Part shown: positions 60,138 to 64,000 of the stretch, in pieces
Layout: each line of letters begins with the position of its first letter
Numbering within the stretch: position 1 is the stretch's first letter
Assembly: GCF_009914755.1 (NCBI RefSeq)
Contig: NC_060926.1
Length of the DNA stretch: 64,000 bases
Direction: 5' to 3' (one strand)
DNA from: the human T2T-CHM13v2.0 reference genome, Homo sapiens
Made by a program: the position numbers and the translations under genes
Notes under the pieces: model-generated
Seen by the model: the letters and a program-made list of their open reading frames with translations, nothing else
Databases searched by the model: none
Told to the model about the DNA's origin: nothing

Positions 60138-60546
60138 TTTCATGCGCGTCTGTGTGAAGAGACCACCAAACAGGCTTTGTGTGAGCAATAAAGCTGTTTA
60201 TTTCACCTGGGTGCAGGTGGGCTGAGTCTGAAAAGAGAGCGAAGGGAAATAAGGGTGGGGCCATTTTATAGGATTTGGGTAGATAAAGGAAAATTACAGT
60301 CAAAGGGGGGTTGTTCTCTGGCGGGCAGAATGGGGGTCACAAGGTGCTCAGTAGGGGAGTTTTTGAGCCAGGATGAGCCAGGAGAAGGAATTTCACAGGA
60401 CAATGTCATCAGTTAAGGCAGGAACAGGACATTTTCACTTCTTTTGTGGTGGAATGTCATCAGTTAAGGCAGGAACCGGCCATCTGGATGTGTACGTGCA
60501 GGTCACAGGGGATATGATGGCTTAGCTTGGGCTCAGAGGCCTGACA
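60138..60546 (-). promoter_or_regulatory. 5' LTR7 of HERV-H (promoter/enhancer)
   Basis: 409 bp, TGT...TGAAA; two CCTTAACTGATGACATT units; TATAAAA box at ~60264-60270; ACAAAAG SOX-type motif at 60441-60447. Confidence 0.92.
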
Positions 60547-62589
60547 ATTTGAGTTCAACTCAAATGCAGAATTGATTTTTCTCCCTGGCAGTTTTCTGAA
60601 ATGTACATTATAGCTTTGTTTAGTTAAACCAGTTATGACACTTGTGCCTCTGAAATGCTAATATACCTGCAATGTGCCCTCTGAGCATGTTGACTTTACT
60701 TCTTTGGTGGAACAAATTTCAATCCCTTTTGTGCAGAAAACTAAGATGAGCAGATATTTGTGTAATGTATATGTTAATTAAAACATACTGTTCCCTGGGG
60801 GCTGGAAGCAAAGAAAATATTATGGCTATTTTAAGGAAGACATTCACTTGTGAAATACAGGAGCAACAGGGCAGGATAGTGGATTGCTAGATGCTGTAAA
60901 ATGACTTATAATAACATACTTAAAACAAGAGAAAACCATGCTGTAAAAATACATTTGGATGCCTTAATGTAACAGTGATATGGTTTCCATCAAATGTTGT
61001 GTCATGCTGATGGTCACCAAGACAGTAAAATTACTTCACCTGGTTGTAGGCCGTCACAGCTCTACTCAGTCAATGGTTGATAGGTTTACATTACCATAAA
61101 TAATTAGCTTTTCCAGGTAAGCTGAAAACTGTCTTCAGAGTCTATTACCATCCTACTCACTAGCAAAACATGGGCTTACAGATTAAGATGCAAAAAGCTA
61201 GCATGTCCCAATTGGTGCTATACTTTCATGCCAGACAAATGCACAGGCAAGCAATGACTGTCCGATAAACAATCCATCAAAAATCCTCTGGACTCAGGCA
61301 ATGATCCCAGAACATATTCACTAGCTTCCTACTTATCTTTTGTTTGGTAAATGATTCAGTTCCTAAATTTTGAGGTTCTTTTGTTTTGTTTTGTCTTATT
61401 TTTAATTTATTGTTCATCTTGGTCCAAGAGTTTGTATATGTCACCCAGATATCAATCAAACATTCTAGGTTGGAATTGACAACAAACTCACTCTTTTTCA
61501 CACTGGTATGACCACACTGGTTCCCTTACAACCAGCATTCAGTTAGCCAGTTAGCCCACTCAAGTCTTTCTTTGAAGAGTGAGGTTTCTAACAAGTGTGT
61601 GTGTCTTAGAAAGAAAACACAGGGGATGCAGTGAAGTTTCAAAGTGACTCACAGTTTTATTTACAGAATACCGAATGTCCAAGTCTTATCTTCAATGTGA
61701 GATGTAGTGGCTGACCACAAACACATGGAATGTCTTGAGTAATTTCATCAGTTTTACATAGGCAAATGTGTATTGTCATAATTGCAGAAAATATATTTCT
61801 ACCTGTATTTATTGATTTATTAACTTTAGAAAATAACAATTGATTTCAATATGAATGATGAGCACTGAGCTTGCAAATACAGTTTTTTCTTTCTTTTTCA
61901 TATTTACATTATTTTAAATATTCTCACATAATTTAAGTTCAAAATATATACAAACATCCATATATTCAATAATCTTTTGAACCGCTTTTTTTTTTACAAT
62001 AATAATAACATTTGTCTCCTTTTCCCTCACCCTTATGCCACAGATATTTTTAATGACTAAATAAATATAGCACTCTACTAGTCCAGGTAGCATATTGGAA
62101 TATAAATTTTATTCACTAGGCATCCAGTCCGACAGATGCTGTCTCTTATCGAGTGCTTAAAAGTGTGCTCTTTTTCATTGTACTTCATATCTGGGAAGCA
62201 TTTTTCTCATCCAATTTTCCCCCTTTTGGAGTGTCTAGTTGATTTTTCCCCTATAAATTATTACCTGTTTTCAATATATTAATTTTTTAACTTCATAAAT
62301 ATAGATTGTATGCTATAAAGCCTTTTTTCTTTTTCTCCAGCTACCAAACTTCCAGTCCTTCATTGTCTTTCTCCAATCCAAGCTGGTTGTAGTTTAGGTT
62401 TATTATAGAAATCTCATTCTGGGACTTGCCTTTGTTATTTAATTGGTTGGTTCCATTGTCTTTTAGATTCCATGGCTTTCTTTTTCATGGATTACTCCAT
62501 TATTTTGCTGAAGAACATCCTAATGGTTTGAGTCTTTCCATGTCTGAAGAGACCATATTCCATCTTTGTATGGTTTGATTCTAGGCTAA

Positions 62590-63650
62590 AAAAATGGGGG
62601 ATGGGATTATATAATAATAAAAAGTTATAAAAAACTATAAAAATTATTAACTAGAATATATTAATAGAGCCTCAAATATGAAATAAAAAAATGACTGAAG
62701 TACCATGAGAATTCACTGACATACTGGATTTTTAACATATCTCCTTCAGTAAATGGTCATTTAGATAAAAGATAAAATTGTAAGTATAATTTTTAATCAG
62801 CATTGCAAACACTAACTGTATGAAACCACAATTTCATACATAGATAAAACAATTGGCAACAATTATAAGTAAATTAGAAAGATATCTACAATGTCACCTA
62901 AAGTTGGAAATTTTCAGAAAAAAAAAAATTTAACAAAGTCTAAGATTGGTTGTTTGAAAATACTGAAAAGCAGATAATCTTCTGGAAATGTTGATCAAGA
63001 TAAAAGTTACAAATAAAGAATATCTGGAATGAAACAAAGGGATACATTGCATGGTATAGAGAATGAAATATAATGGGAATAACATTATGAGTTTTATGAG
63101 AATAAAATTAGTAGCTTACGTAAAATTCCTTGAAAGAAAAACTCAAAAAAATTGAACTGAACAGACTTCTTAATATTAAAGAAATTCAATTGATAATTAA
63201 ATATATACAAGATATAATTGGTCCAAATGGCTTTGCTTATACATTCCAGCAAACACTCAAAAAGTGATTCTAAGGATTCACCAACTTTTACATAGAATTT
63301 GTAAAACAGCCAACACTTTCCAACTCATTAAATTGGGTTAGCATATCCTTGATGCCACAATAAGAAAAGACTGTACAATTTATAAAAATATAAAAATTAT
63401 TGGCCAATCTCACTCATGCAATTCTAAAGAAAATATTAATCTAGCAAAATACACTATGACAATTTTGGAATACATCCAAGAATACAAGGTTGGCTTATTA
63501 GATAATTAATATAATTAGTCAATTAACATATTAAAGCAAGAAGACCTTGTAATCTTCTCAGTAAATGCTCAAAAAGAACTTGAAAAAAATGGAACAATCT
63601 GTGGCAAAGCTCTTAGTAGAAAAAATAGAAAGAATAGAAGAAAAGTACTA
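62590..63650 (+). mobile_element. Very degenerate old L1M ORF2 fragment
   Basis: A-rich, with L1 ORF2 remnants (GGTCCAAATGGCTTT, GGCCAATCTCACTCATG, AATACAAGGTTGGCTTA); boundaries approximate. Confidence 0.6.
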
Positions 63651-63739
63651 ACCTGATATGGTAGTTGGTCTCCGAAATATCCCACAATAATTCTTACCTC
63701 CCGATTATTCTTACCTTCATGTATTTACGTAATTTCCTC

Positions 63740-64000
63740 TATCAAAGAACAAAATTTCAAAAAAATTCAAGATCTAATGATTTTATTAGTGATTCATAAG
63801 TTGAGCAGCCTCCCATCTGGGAAACAGAAAGGCACTTCCCAGAGCTGAGCAGAGAGAGAACTCTTTATAGGCAGGAAAAGGCTGAAGAAAGCAGAAATAA
63901 GGAACAAAAAGTTGACTGGTCGTTTTAAAGTAACTTTCCTTATACAGTTAAAGTAGAGAGGACTTTCTTACTGCACTGGTTCATGTTGAAGGGGCCCATT
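63740..64000. mobile_element. Probable ERV LTR fragment running off the window end
   Basis: LTR-like segment (TTTTATTAGTGATTCATAAG...CTTTATAGG); family not assigned. Confidence 0.4.

Larger units (their letters stand above)
56245..60546 (-). mobile_element. HERV-H provirus, 3'-deleted: 5' LTR7, leader, defective gag, pro and partial pol, and 25 bp of the 3' LTR
   Basis: LTR7 starts TGTCAGGCCTCTGAGCCCAAGCTAAGCC; His PBS; gag knuckle CYKCQKSGHWAKEC (~58248-58294); RT segment HYSVLDLKHAFFTIPLHPSSQPLFAFT; TSD ATTTG at 56240-56244 and 60547-60551. Confidence 0.95.

Overview
This is primate genomic DNA, very likely human, and not prokaryotic: it carries AluJ/S/Y, THE1, L1M and HERV-H repeats. It holds the last eight coding exons of THSD7B on the + strand (14375-48491, all GT-AG and phase-consistent). 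These encode TSR repeats, a Cys-rich juxtamembrane segment, a TM helix and a tail ending KPLTLAYDGDLDM*, followed by a ~1.1 kb 3'UTR with AATAAA at 49582. The introns contain a complete THE1A MaLR (sense), an apparently full-length ancient L1MA (antisense), MER50, a THE1D solo LTR, Tigger2a and about ten Alus. The most notable structure lies downstream: a convergent HERV-H provirus (56245-60546, minus strand, perfect ATTTG TSD) with an intact 5' LTR7, PBS and splice donor. A deletion left only 25 bp of its 3' LTR, so it has no terminator of its own and points antisense at THSD7B. Other leads are a tailless TSD-flanked Alu, a fossil twin-primed L1MB, inverted Alu pairs around exons, and a predicted soluble isoform from skipping the TM exon. 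Repeat subfamily names come from recall of consensus sequences; no search was run.
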